The position numbers and the translations under genes are program-made. The notes under the pieces are model-generated. The model was not told the origin of the DNA. It ran no database searches and saw only the letters and a list, made by a program, of their open reading frames with translations. Positions 1-9,320 of a DNA stretch of 64,000 nt are shown in pieces. Position 1 is the stretch's first letter; each line of letters opens with the position of its first letter. This DNA is from Polyangiaceae bacterium. GTDB lineage: Bacteria; Myxococcota_A; Polyangia; Polyangiales; Polyangiaceae. The DNA is taken from contig JAPSGB010000006.1 of NCBI GenBank assembly GCA_035063585.1, positions 64,001 to 128,000 of the forward strand. Reading direction: 5' to 3'.

Positions 1-295
1 AGGCGTGATCCGGGATCGGTCCCGGCGTGCCACCCGACAAGAAGACCAGCGCGCCCGAGATCGGCATGACCCCCTGGGGTGAGTAGACCTTTCCCTTGAG
101 GCGCGCGACGGTCGGTCGCGCGTCGTCACCCGCGTCGAGCGAGATCCCGCCACCGCTGCCGGGAGCGCCTCCGCTGCCAGCCGCGCCGGACCCGCCACCG
201 CCCCCCGCGCCAGACCCATTGTTCGAGCTTCCGCCGCTCGCCGAGCAGGCGACGAGGCCGAGAACCAATCCGAGGACGATGAACGCGGAGCGCAT
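1..295 (-). CDS. Lipoprotein with Gly/Ser-rich linker, probable carboxypeptidase-regulatory-like domain (3' end outside window)
   Basis: Manual translation from ATG at 295: MRSAFIVLGLVLGLVAC (lipobox), SGG/GAG linker, then LKGKVYSPQGVMPISGALVF; absent from the ORF track because it runs off the window edge. Confidence 0.7.
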   Translation of the reverse strand, partial: MRSAFIVLGLVLGLVACSASGGSSNNGSGAGGGGGSGAAGSGGAPGSGGGISLDAGDDARPTVARLKGKVYSPQGVMPISGALVFLSGGTPGPIPDHA

Positions 296-417
296 GGCGA
301 GTATCTGACACGGCCAGCCGGCCTCGGACAGGGCAAAATGTCAGCGCCTGCGGCCGCCCTGGGCGGTCCTGGCGACGAGCCGCCAAGGCGAAACGTGGTA
401 GGCCTTGAGCGAGTCAG

Positions 418-957
418 ATGACATCCTCACTCGAGGAACTCGCGCGAGTACCGAAGAGCGAGCTCACGGCGCTCTACGACGCGGGCACGCAGCCCGAACC
501 CGCGTCGCTCGTGGACTGGGAGTTCCGCGGCTATAATCGCCCGTTCTTGACGCGGGTAGGCGGCTTCCAGAAGTTCCGGAAGGGGTTCTATCGTCACGAG
601 GGGGCCTTCTGGGGGTACAACATCAACGTAGTCCAGGGCGCGCTCGAGCGGCCGTGGTCGAGCCGGCCGTCGGACGACGCACCGCGTCGTTTCGGCTTCT
701 TCTCGGTTCGCCCGGTCGGGCCGCGCGAAGCCGAGGGGCGCGAGCCCGGCTCGCTCCTCTTCAACTACGCCGACGCGAAGAACCGTCTCCTCGAAGGCAG
801 CTTCCTCCGCGACTACGTGAAGCTCGTCGAGGCGGGCAACCCGGATCTCCTGCTCGGGAAAGCCTACTCCTCGATCGCCGGGGCGGAGCTGATGCCGACC
901 TGGTTCATCATCCAGCGCGATCGGCCCGCGCCGACGCCGGTGGTTCACCCCGGATGA
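418..957 (+). CDS. Hypothetical protein (179 aa)
   Basis: Globular, aromatic-rich ORF with GC-rich codon bias (WEFRGYN, KFRKGFY, LRDYV, LLLGKAY). Confidence 0.7.
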   Translation: MTSSLEELARVPKSELTALYDAGTQPEPASLVDWEFRGYNRPFLTRVGGFQKFRKGFYRHEGAFWGYNINVVQGALERPWSSRPSDDAPRRFGFFSVRPVGPREAEGREPGSLLFNYADAKNRLLEGSFLRDYVKLVEAGNPDLLLGKAYSSIAGAELMPTWFIIQRDRPAPTPVVHPG

Positions 958-967
958 GCCGCGACGC

Positions 968-1978
968 TCAGGGTGAGCCGCTGAGGAGCCGGATCGGGTA
1001 GTAGACGACGACCGCGATGAGCGCCGCGGCGGGGATCGTGAAGACCCACGCCCACACGATCCGTCCCGCGACGCCCCAGCGCACCGCGCTGAGCCGCCGC
1101 TCGACCGCGCCGACCCCGACGATGGAGCCGGTGATGGTGTGGGTCGTCGAGACGGGGACGCCGAGCAGCGTGGACATCGCGAGCGTGATGGCGCCGGCCG
1201 TCTCCGCGCAGAATCCTCCGACCGGGCGGAGCTTCGTGATCTTCATTCCCATGGTGCGCACGATGCGCCAGCCGCCCGACAGCATGCCGAGCGCCATCGC
1301 GGCCTGACACACGATCACCACCCAGAACCGCGGCTCGGCGGCCTCGGTCCGCTCCTGTATCCCCGACGTGATGAGCAGCAGCGTGACGATGCCCATGGTC
1401 TTCTGCGCGTCGTTGCCTCCGTGCCCGAGCGAGTAGAGCCCCGCTGAGATGAGCTGGCCTCGCCGGAAGAAGCGGTCCACCTGCGCTGGGCGCCTCCGCG
1501 CGAAGATGAACCTCACGAGGTACATGAGGAGCCCTCCGAGCACCATGCCAAGCATCGGGGCGACCACGATGAAGATCACCACCTTGCCGAACACCGCCGC
1601 GTTGAGGATCGACAGCCGCGGGGTGTTCGCGAGCGCCGCGCCGGCGAACGCGCCCATGAGCGCGTGCGACGACGAGGACGGCAAGCCCCACCACCACGTG
1701 ATGGCATTCCAGGTGATCGCGCCGATCAGCGTGGCCAGGATGACGTTGTGCGTCACCGAGGTGAGCTCGATGCCGTGCGCGATGGCCGCCGTCACGTTGT
1801 GCGGATAGACCAGAAACGCGAGGAAGTTGAACGAGGCGGCCCACACCACCGCTGCCCGCGGCGAGAGCACGCGGGTGCTCACTACCGTCGCGATGGTGTT
1901 GGCAGCGTCGTGAAACCCGTTACTGTAATCGAAGAGGAGCGCGATGGCGATGATGAGGATGAGGTACGCATCCATCAC
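968..1978 (-). CDS. pit: Inorganic phosphate transporter, PiT family
   Basis: Both PiT signatures present (NGFHDAANTIAT and HGGNDAQKTMG), plus GLPSSSSHAL and PVSTTH; multiple TM segments. Confidence 0.95.
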   Translation of the reverse strand: MMDAYLILIIAIALLFDYSNGFHDAANTIATVVSTRVLSPRAAVVWAASFNFLAFLVYPHNVTAAIAHGIELTSVTHNVILATLIGAITWNAITWWWGLPSSSSHALMGAFAGAALANTPRLSILNAAVFGKVVIFIVVAPMLGMVLGGLLMYLVRFIFARRRPAQVDRFFRRGQLISAGLYSLGHGGNDAQKTMGIVTLLLITSGIQERTEAAEPRFWVVIVCQAAMALGMLSGGWRIVRTMGMKITKLRPVGGFCAETAGAITLAMSTLLGVPVSTTHTITGSIVGVGAVERRLSAVRWGVAGRIVWAWVFTIPAAALIAVVVYYPIRLLSGSP

Positions 1979-2592
1979 GCGTGCTCCAGCACGATCCCCT
2001 CGATGATGTTGGCGACGTCCTCCGCGCGATCGGTCGCCGTCTCCATCGCCTCGAGGATGTCGCGCCAGCGCATCACCTCGATGGGGTCGGAGGGCTCCTT
2101 GAAGAGCCGCGCGACTGCCCGCCTGAACACCACGTCCGCCTGGTGCTCATGCGTATTGATCGATACGCAGAGGTCGAGGACGGGCTGCGGATCCTTGAGC
2201 TTGTTCAGGTGCCCGACGGCCTTGGCGACGTCCTCGGCGGCGGAGCAGAGGCTGCTCGCGAGCTCGATCGCTTCGGGGCGCGCCGTGGTGATTTCGTAGA
2301 GCATCACCCAATCGCTGGCGGCCTCGACGAAATCGAGCACGTCGTCGAGCGCGCTCATGAGCGCGTGGATTTCCTCGCGATCGAGCGGCGTGATCCAGAT
2401 CTGATGGAGCGCCGACATCGTCTCGTGAGTGATGTGGTCGCCTTCTTTTTCCGCGCGGCTGATCTCGCCCGCCAGGATCATCACCTGGCTCGGATCCTCG
2501 AGCATCGCCTTCAGGTTTCGTGTCGCCTGAACGGTGAGATCTGCGTGCGACTGGAAGGCCTTCCAGAAGACGGCATCTCGTGTCAGTGCCAT
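1975..2592 (-). CDS. DUF47 / PhoU-like phosphate transport regulator
   Basis: EKEGDHITH, ITPLDREEI, LDDVLD, EHQAD, DRAEDVANIIEGIVLE; 4-nt overlap with pit; start taken at MALTRD. Confidence 0.92.
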   Translation of the reverse strand: MALTRDAVFWKAFQSHADLTVQATRNLKAMLEDPSQVMILAGEISRAEKEGDHITHETMSALHQIWITPLDREEIHALMSALDDVLDFVEAASDWVMLYEITTARPEAIELASSLCSAAEDVAKAVGHLNKLKDPQPVLDLCVSINTHEHQADVVFRRAVARLFKEPSDPIEVMRWRDILEAMETATDRAEDVANIIEGIVLEHA

Positions 2593-2836
2593 GGTCGCGG
2601 GCGCATAAGACGCACGCGGCGGAGGGCACGTCAAGCGAAACCAATGCGCGGCTGACAATCGCGAGACATTGCGCTCGCCTGGGGCGTTCTTGGGGTCGGG
2701 GCGGCGCGGGAATCGCGCGGCTCGGCCGGGTCTCGGCGCGCGGCGCGTCCATGGGTGCGCGCGGCGCGCGGGCGAGCCAGCCGGGCTCGCGCCGGACCGG
2801 CATGACTCAAGTCACTTCTTTAGCATGGCCGCGTCG

Positions 2837-3343
2837 TTACGGAGTGAGGCCGGGGAACTTGGGCAGCCCGTTCAGCCCCGCCTGGATGAGCTGGGCGCTG
2901 GTGAGGGTGCCGTCGAGCTGGAACGGCACCTCCAGGTTCACGCTCTCGCCGCCGACCGTGGCGCGACCCGCGAAGCGATACGGCACGGGCTTTCCCGAGA
3001 GCGCGAGCGGGGCGAGCGCGGCGAGGTTGGTCCAGGGCAGCTTGACGTCGCTCGCGACTCGCTGGTCGGCGTTCGCCGGGATGGAGAGCGCGGTGTCCAC
3101 GGTCGCGCTCCCGAGGTCGACCGAGCCGCTCACGACGAAGTTGCCGCTCACCTTCTGCACCACGAGCGGGAAGCCGTTCGGGTTGTGGACGTCGAGGTTC
3201 ACGCGGAGCCCGACCGCGGTCGGACCCACGCTGGTGACCTCGATCGAGATCGGGGTGATGGTGGGAGGTTTGGGGCGCGAGCAGGCGGCGACGAAGACGA
3301 GAGCGGCGGAGGCGAGGACGCGGCGCATGCCCCACTCTGCCAT
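2837..3343 (-). CDS. LEA type 2 / WHy domain lipoprotein
   Basis: Lipobox VAAC; LDVHNPNGFPL motif typical of LEA_2. Confidence 0.85.
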   Translation of the reverse strand: MAEWGMRRVLASAALVFVAACSRPKPPTITPISIEVTSVGPTAVGLRVNLDVHNPNGFPLVVQKVSGNFVVSGSVDLGSATVDTALSIPANADQRVASDVKLPWTNLAALAPLALSGKPVPYRFAGRATVGGESVNLEVPFQLDGTLTSAQLIQAGLNGLPKFPGLTP

Positions 3344-3470
3344 CAGGTCGGGCGCGGCGCATGCCGTGCGCGGCGCGAGCGGCCTCTGCCGAGGACGCTC
3401 CGGGGGCCGCGCGACGGGCAGCGGGCCGGGTCCGGCTTACCGGCGCCCGGCGCTCGCGCTATGGTCCGCG

Positions 3471-6275
3471 GTGCCGACGATGGAGCTCTTCGACCACCCC
3501 TACGCCCGGTTCCTCCACGCGGTGGAGAAGCCGACTCGCTACACGGGCGCCGAGCACGGAGCGCGCGCGAAGGACTGGGCGAGCGTCCGCGCGCGCGTCT
3601 GCCTGGCTTTCCCCGAGATTTACGACATCGGGATGAGCCACCTCGGGTTCCGCATCCTCTACAAGATCCTGAACGACGACCCGCGCACGCTGGCGGAGCG
3701 CTGCTACGCGCCGTGGGTGGACATGCAGCGCGAGCTCCGTAGCCACGGAGAGCTCCTGCGGTCGCTCGAGAGCGCGCGGCCGCTCGCGGACTTCGACGTG
3801 GTGGGCTTCAGCCTGCAGTACGAGCTCACCTACACGAACGTGCTCATGATGCTCGAGCTCGGCGGGATCCCGCTCCGGAGCGCGAGCCGCAGCGACGACG
3901 ATCCGTTGGTCGTCGCAGGCGGTCCGGTGGCGACCCACGCCGAGCCGATGGCGCTCTTCTTCGACGCGCTGCTCATCGGTGACGGCGAAGAGGCGACCAC
4001 GGAGCTCACGCTCGCATGGGCGGAGGCGAAGGCGGAGGGTCTGACGCGACGCGAACGGCTCGAGCGGCTCGCGCGCATCTCGGGCGTCTACGTGCCCTCC
4101 TTGGCCAAGACGCACCTCGACCCGGAGACGGGGCTCGAGGTGGTCGACGGGGTCCGCATCGAGCGGCGAGTGCTCGGAGACCTCGACCGCTTCCCCTTCC
4201 CCGACGACGGGCCGGTGGGCGGTCCCGAGGCGATCTTCGATCGAATGAGCATCGAGGTCGCGCGCGGCTGTACCGAGGGATGCCGGTTCTGCCAGAGCGG
4301 CTGGACGTACCGGCCGGTGCGCGAGCGTGATCCGAAGCAGGTCGTGGAGACGGTCCTCAGCGCGCTCGAGAAGAGCGGCTACGACGAGGTGAGCCTCACC
4401 GCGCTCTCGACCGCGGACGTGAGCTGCATCTCGCCACTCATCAAGACCTTGGTGGAGAAGACGGCGCCCGAGCGCGTGAGCCTGGGAGTCGCGTCGCTTC
4501 GCGCGTACGGCCTCGGCGAGGAGCTGCTCGACGCGATGCGGACGGTCCGCGCGAGCGGGCTCACCTTCGCGCCCGAGGCGGGCACCCAGCGCATGCGTGA
4601 CGTCATCAACAAGAACGTCACCGAGGCGCAGCTGCTGGAGACTGCGGAGCGGGTGTTCTCGCGGGGCTTCGACAAGATGAAGCTCTATTTCATTGCGGGG
4701 CTGCCGACCGAGACGGACGAGGACGTGCTCGGCATCGTCGAGGTCGCGAAGAAGACGGTCGCGGTGGGCCATCGCCTGGGCCGACGCCCGAGAGTGACGG
4801 TCAGCGTGAGCGTGCACGTCCCGAAGCCGCACACGCCGTTTCAGTGGTGCGCGATGGATCCGCTCGACGAGATCAACCAGAAGCAGGAGCTACTCCGCCG
4901 CGCGACCCGTGGCGTGAAGGGGCTCGAGCTTCGCATGCACCACTCGCTGTCGAGCGCGCTCGAGGGGATCTTGGCGCGCGGCGATCGCCGGCTCGGCCCG
5001 GTGATCGAGCGCGCGTTCCTGCGGGGCGCCCGCTCGGACTCCTGGGACGAGCACCTCGACATGGACGCGTGGCAAGAGGCCCTCGAACACTTCGAGATCG
5101 ACATTTCGGCGTACCTGGGGACGCTGCCGGTGACCGCGCGTCTACCGTGGGACCACATCGACGTCGGGATCGAGGACGGCTTCCTCGCGCGCGAGTACCG
5201 AAAGGCGCTCGCGAGCCGGCTGAGCCCGCCGTGCTCGAAGGTCGCGGGCACCTTCGTCCACCACACGAACCTCGCCGACGCGGACGCGGATCGCCGCCGG
5301 CTGGTCTGCTACGATTGCGGGATCGCCTGCGACATGACGCGGACTCGCGAGAGGCGGCTCGGCTTCTTGAAGGAGATGGGCGCGCTCGAGCCCACCCTGC
5401 CGCGCGTCACCCCGGCGCAGCCGGTCGAGGGCGCCGCCGCCCCGGGAGAGGCCGAGCGCGCCCCGCGGCGTCGCGTGAACCCGGAGGCGCTCCGTCCCGT
5501 GCGAGCTGGCGGCACGCCGGCGAGGTTCCGGCTGCGCTTCAAGAAGATCGGCCCCGCGGCGCTGCTCGGACACCTCGATTTGCTCCGCGAGCTCCCGCGG
5601 GTCATTCGCCGCGCGGGAGTGCGAATCGACTACTCGCGCGGCTTTCGCCCCAAGCCGGAGCTCAGCTTCGGGCCGGCGCTGTCGCTCGGGATCGCGAGCC
5701 TCGACGAGCACGCGGACGTCAAGCTCATCGACGCGCCCGAGGATCTACTCGAACGTCTCAACCGGAGCACGAGCGGCGGACTCGAGTTCATCGAGGCGCG
5801 AAGACTCACGGACGGCGAGCCCGGGCTCAGCCGCATCATCACCGGAGCGCGCTACGTGATCGCGCTCGCCGAGACCGCGCTGCCAGGCCGCGCGTGGCTC
5901 GAGGAGCGAGTCGCAACCTTCCTGGCCAAGGACGAGCTCCGGGTGCGCCGCGAGATCCGCGGCTTGGGAAAGCTGGTGGACGTGCGAAGCTATGTGCTCG
6001 CGCTGACCGTGGGCGGCGAGCCAGAGCTCCGCCTGCTCCGCGAAGCAGGCTTGGTCGGGAGGATGCTGCCCCTCGACGTGAGCGTGCGGATCGGTGCGAC
6101 CGGTGCCGTCAAGGTGAGTGAGCTCGTCGAGGCCGTGACGGGCGCCCCGGATACGCCGCACCAGGCGGTCCGCGCGGCGCTCTTCGGCGAAGGGAGCGTC
6201 CCGCTCGCGAGCCTCGCGGAGCGCGACGAACGCGAGCGCGCGGAAGTGGAGCGAGCGCGGGCGGCCGCACCCTGA
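3471..6275 (+). CDS. B12-binding radical SAM protein (TIGR03960 family) fused to a C-terminal radical-SAM-linked domain (TIGR03936/DUF2344)
   Basis: VEKPTRYTG, FPEIYDIGMSHLG, CTEGCRFC (CxxxCxxC), LTFAPEAGTQRMR, PKPHTPFQW; C-terminal GHLDLLR..YSRGFRPKPELSFGPALSLG; start GTG 3471 or ATG 3480. Confidence 0.92.
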   Translation: MPTMELFDHPYARFLHAVEKPTRYTGAEHGARAKDWASVRARVCLAFPEIYDIGMSHLGFRILYKILNDDPRTLAERCYAPWVDMQRELRSHGELLRSLESARPLADFDVVGFSLQYELTYTNVLMMLELGGIPLRSASRSDDDPLVVAGGPVATHAEPMALFFDALLIGDGEEATTELTLAWAEAKAEGLTRRERLERLARISGVYVPSLAKTHLDPETGLEVVDGVRIERRVLGDLDRFPFPDDGPVGGPEAIFDRMSIEVARGCTEGCRFCQSGWTYRPVRERDPKQVVETVLSALEKSGYDEVSLTALSTADVSCISPLIKTLVEKTAPERVSLGVASLRAYGLGEELLDAMRTVRASGLTFAPEAGTQRMRDVINKNVTEAQLLETAERVFSRGFDKMKLYFIAGLPTETDEDVLGIVEVAKKTVAVGHRLGRRPRVTVSVSVHVPKPHTPFQWCAMDPLDEINQKQELLRRATRGVKGLELRMHHSLSSALEGILARGDRRLGPVIERAFLRGARSDSWDEHLDMDAWQEALEHFEIDISAYLGTLPVTARLPWDHIDVGIEDGFLAREYRKALASRLSPPCSKVAGTFVHHTNLADADADRRRLVCYDCGIACDMTRTRERRLGFLKEMGALEPTLPRVTPAQPVEGAAAPGEAERAPRRRVNPEALRPVRAGGTPARFRLRFKKIGPAALLGHLDLLRELPRVIRRAGVRIDYSRGFRPKPELSFGPALSLGIASLDEHADVKLIDAPEDLLERLNRSTSGGLEFIEARRLTDGEPGLSRIITGARYVIALAETALPGRAWLEERVATFLAKDELRVRREIRGLGKLVDVRSYVLALTVGGEPELRLLREAGLVGRMLPLDVSVRIGATGAVKVSELVEAVTGAPDTPHQAVRAALFGEGSVPLASLAERDERERAEVERARAAAP

Positions 6276-6357
6276 ACGACGGCGGCGCGGCGGCCGAGCG
6301 TCGCGCGCCAGTGAGCTTGCCGCACGCGAGGACTCGCGCTAGCTCGCGGGGGAAGAA

Positions 6358-7479
6358 ATGGTGGAGGACGCTTCCGACCCCGAAGCGTCGGAGCACGAGA
6401 TCGCCGCGCTCGCGAGCGACGAGGCTCCGGCCGAGGCCGCAGTGGAGCGCGCCGACCCCGAGGCGCTCGAAGGCGCCGAGCACGCCGAGACCGAGACGGA
6501 AGAGACGCAGACCGCCGCGCGGCTCCGCGGCGTGAGCCGCGCGCGCGAGCCGCTGGAGGGCGCGCCACCGAGCGTGCCGCGCATCTCGAAGCGGACGCTC
6601 GGCATCAGCGCGGCCTTGGTCGCGCTCGTGAGCGTGATCGGGCTGGACATCGCGTTCATCCTGCGGGACGCCCCGGAACGCACGGCGCTCTTGGCGAGCG
6701 CCTCGGCCGCGCCAGCGCTGCCCGCACCGGTGACGCCCGAGTTGCCCGTCGCGCCGGCCGCGGTGGCGCCGCCCCAACCTTCGCTCGTCGAGGCTCCCAA
6801 GCCGCCACCGGATGAGCCGCCCGCGGAGCCGCCGAAGGCGGCGCCCCGCGTGATCGCGGGCACCGTCGAGCAGGCCGCGCGGCGGAGCTGCTTCACCGGC
6901 AGCGTCGACGCGCTCAGCCGACAGATCATCCGTCAGACGAGGTGCATCGATCCCGCCGCGTTCGTCCCCGTGCCGGAGCGCCCGAACCTCGCCAAGCGCT
7001 CCAACGTGTTTCTCTACATGGCCGCGCCCGCGCGGGACCACCTCCTGAAGGCGCTCGACGCAAACAGGAACCTGACGATGACGGTGAACAGCTCCCTCCG
7101 CACCGTCGCGCAGCAGTATCTCTTGTGGCGCTGGTACACGGGGCGCCGGTGCGGCATCCGCCTGGCGTCACGCCCCGGAGACAGCAACCACGAGACGGGG
7201 CTCGCGCTCGACATCGCCGAGGCGCCCGCGTGGCGTTCGAAGCTCGAGGCGCACCGGTTCAAATGGCTCGGAGCGATCGACAACATGCACTTCGATTATG
7301 TCGGCCCCGGCGCGAGCTCCCGATCGAGCGTGGACGTGAAGGCCTTTCAACAGCTCTGGAACCTCAACCACCCCGAAGATCGCCTGAAGGAAGACGGGCT
7401 CTACTCGCCGGCCACGGAGGCGCGACTGAAGAAATCCCCTGCCGGCGGGTTTCCGAAGGGCTCCCGCTGCGGTCGCTGA
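6358..7479 (+). CDS. Membrane-anchored M15-family Zn peptidase (D-Ala-D-Ala carboxypeptidase-like)
   Basis: One TM segment and Pro-rich linker; SSLRTVAQQ, PGDSNHETGLALDI (SxHxxGxAxD), DNMHF; C-terminal peptidoglycan-binding-like segment VKAFQ..DGLYSPAT. Confidence 0.82.
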   Translation: MVEDASDPEASEHEIAALASDEAPAEAAVERADPEALEGAEHAETETEETQTAARLRGVSRAREPLEGAPPSVPRISKRTLGISAALVALVSVIGLDIAFILRDAPERTALLASASAAPALPAPVTPELPVAPAAVAPPQPSLVEAPKPPPDEPPAEPPKAAPRVIAGTVEQAARRSCFTGSVDALSRQIIRQTRCIDPAAFVPVPERPNLAKRSNVFLYMAAPARDHLLKALDANRNLTMTVNSSLRTVAQQYLLWRWYTGRRCGIRLASRPGDSNHETGLALDIAEAPAWRSKLEAHRFKWLGAIDNMHFDYVGPGASSRSSVDVKAFQQLWNLNHPEDRLKEDGLYSPATEARLKKSPAGGFPKGSRCGR

Positions 7480-7536
7480 GCCTGCGCTCGGCGGGTTTGC
7501 ATCCCGGCGAATTGACCAGGCGCAAGGTTCGGGTTT

Positions 7537-7545
7537 TGGTATGAT
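7537..7545 (+). promoter_or_regulatory. Extended -10 element (TGnTATGAT), probable leaderless promoter
   Basis: TGGTATGAT ends 7 nt before an in-frame ATG at 7553; no Shine-Dalgarno sequence. Confidence 0.45.
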
Positions 7546-7552
7546 GCCTGTC

Positions 7553-9082
7553 ATGCGCGTCACCCGAACCGTCGATTTTCGGATTTGGCTGCTCATGTCG
7601 CTCGGAGTCGCGCCGCTCGCCTGCGGCGGAGAGACGACGTTTCAGAGCGGCACCGGCGGCTCGTCCGGCACCGGCGGCTCGTCCGGCACCGGCGGCTCGT
7701 CCGGCACCGGCGGCTCGTCCGGCACCGGCGGCTCGTCCGGCACCGGCGGCGGCGTCAACGCGCCCGACTGCAAGAACCCGGTCGAGGTCGTCCCAGGCTC
7801 GGGGTATTTCCGCTGCGAGGGCGGACGCACGCATCGCGAGGCCATAAAGGACTGCCCCACCAAGCTCCCACGTGACGGCTACACGTGCGCGGGCAGCGGC
7901 GGCGGAGCCGACGCCTGCAGCGTCGACGCTGACTGCGCCGAGCAGCCGAATGGCTACTGCTCGATACAAGGCGGCATGGCGGGCTGCTTCTGCTCGTACG
8001 GCTGCATCAAGGACGCCGACTGCGGCGAAGGGCGCATCTGCCAGTGCGGCGATCCGGTCGGCCGTTGCGTGGCCGCCACGTGCAAGAGCGACCTCGACTG
8101 CGCCCCGAGCCAGCTCTGCGCGGACTACGACGCCTCGGGAGGCTGCGACTCCATGACGTACGCCTGCACGGCGCCGGCCGATCAGTGCTTCCTCGACTCG
8201 GATTGCAGCGCGGGCGAGCTCTGCGCCATGGGGAACGCGGGGACGCGCACCTGCCAGTCGTGGTCGTGCGCGATCGGCCGCCCGTTCATCGTGGAGGGCG
8301 TGGCGCGGGTGGCCCCGGTGATCGCGCGGAGCGACTGGAGCGAGCTCAGCCTGACACCCTCGCTCGACCTCGAGCCGGCCGTTCGCGCGGCGCTCGCGGC
8401 GTGGTGGCAGCGCTCGGGTGAGCTCGAGCACGCGAGCGTCGCGGCGTTCGCGCGCTTCACGCTCGAGCTGCTCGCCCTCGGCGCGCCGCCCGAGCTCGTG
8501 TCGGCTTCGCAGGAGGCCGGGCTCGACGAGACGCGCCACGCGCGGGTGTGCTTCACGATCGCGAGCGCGTTCGCCGGAGCGCCCATCGGCCCCGGCCCGC
8601 TCGACATCCAGGGCGCGCTCTCACCCGCGACCGATCCGGTCGCGCTCGCGCGCGTCCTCTTCCACGAAGGGTGCGTCGGCGAGACGGGCGCCGCGCTCGA
8701 GGCCGCCGAGGCCGCCGAGTTCGCGGTCGATCCGGTGGTGCGCGACGTCCTCGCGCGCATCGCCGCCGACGAGCGGGAGCACGCCCTCCTCGCGTGGCGC
8801 TCGGTGCGCTGGCTCGCGGAGCGCGACGAGCGCGTCATCCCGGCGCTCCGCGAGGAGCTCGCCCTCGCGCTCGCGCCTACCGCTCCCGCGGCCGCGCTCG
8901 AGCTCGGCGAGGAGCTCGCGCGACACGGGGTCCTCGAGCCGCGGCGCTCCCGGGCGCTCCGGGCAGCGACCCTCCGCGACGTGGTCGCGCCCGCCATCGA
9001 CGCCATCATGGCCGAGCTCCCGGGTGATGTCGGTCCGGCGCGGGCTCAGCCCTCCGCGCCGAGCGCTCTCAGCGCGCCCTGA
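7553..9082 (+). CDS. Cys-rich lipoprotein with C-terminal ferritin-like (diiron) domain
   Basis: Lipobox PLAC, GTGGSS repeats, 24 Cys, GRP junction, then ELEHASVAAF, DETRH, EGCVGET, DEREH. Confidence 0.85.
   Translation: MRVTRTVDFRIWLLMSLGVAPLACGGETTFQSGTGGSSGTGGSSGTGGSSGTGGSSGTGGSSGTGGGVNAPDCKNPVEVVPGSGYFRCEGGRTHREAIKDCPTKLPRDGYTCAGSGGGADACSVDADCAEQPNGYCSIQGGMAGCFCSYGCIKDADCGEGRICQCGDPVGRCVAATCKSDLDCAPSQLCADYDASGGCDSMTYACTAPADQCFLDSDCSAGELCAMGNAGTRTCQSWSCAIGRPFIVEGVARVAPVIARSDWSELSLTPSLDLEPAVRAALAAWWQRSGELEHASVAAFARFTLELLALGAPPELVSASQEAGLDETRHARVCFTIASAFAGAPIGPGPLDIQGALSPATDPVALARVLFHEGCVGETGAALEAAEAAEFAVDPVVRDVLARIAADEREHALLAWRSVRWLAERDERVIPALREELALALAPTAPAAALELGEELARHGVLEPRRSRALRAATLRDVVAPAIDAIMAELPGDVGPARAQPSAPSALSAP
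7649..7750 (+). repeat. 18-bp tandem repeat GGCACCGGCGGCTCGTCC, five full copies plus a partial copy (encodes GTGGSS)
   Basis: Directly visible perfect copies. Confidence 0.97.
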
Positions 9083-9226
9083 CCCCCGGGCGGCGACCGG
9101 CTCGCTGGGCGGCTCGAGCTGTGGCAGCGGCGCGCCCCCTCCCCCCGCGTGGACGGCGCGACACGGCCTCGTGGACACGCCGACACGGGCTCCCGACAAA
9201 TTGCGGCAATTTCGTGGCGCCTCCGG

Positions 9227-9242
9227 TGGCCCACGGCTTGCT
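9227..9242 (+). promoter_or_regulatory. Sigma-54 (-24/-12) promoter
   Basis: TGGCCCACGGCTTGCT has GG-N10-GC spacing with TGGC and TTGC, about 80 nt upstream of the GAGGAG-preceded ATG at 9321. Confidence 0.6.
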
Positions 9243-9320
9243 GGGAACGTTCCTCGACGGGCGCTGTCACGAAGTGATGGGCTCACCCGTTATGGAGACG
9301 GTGCCCACGGGCGAGGAGAA

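Noticed and set aside
2580..3470. N-terminal 300-aa extension of the 1231-aa ORF
   Set aside because: Antisense shadow of the LEA_2 gene; family similarity starts at MELFDHPY
7649..7750. Perfect direct repeats as a possible CRISPR array
   Set aside because: No spacers, 18-bp in-frame unit encoding a GTGGSS linker, and no cas genes
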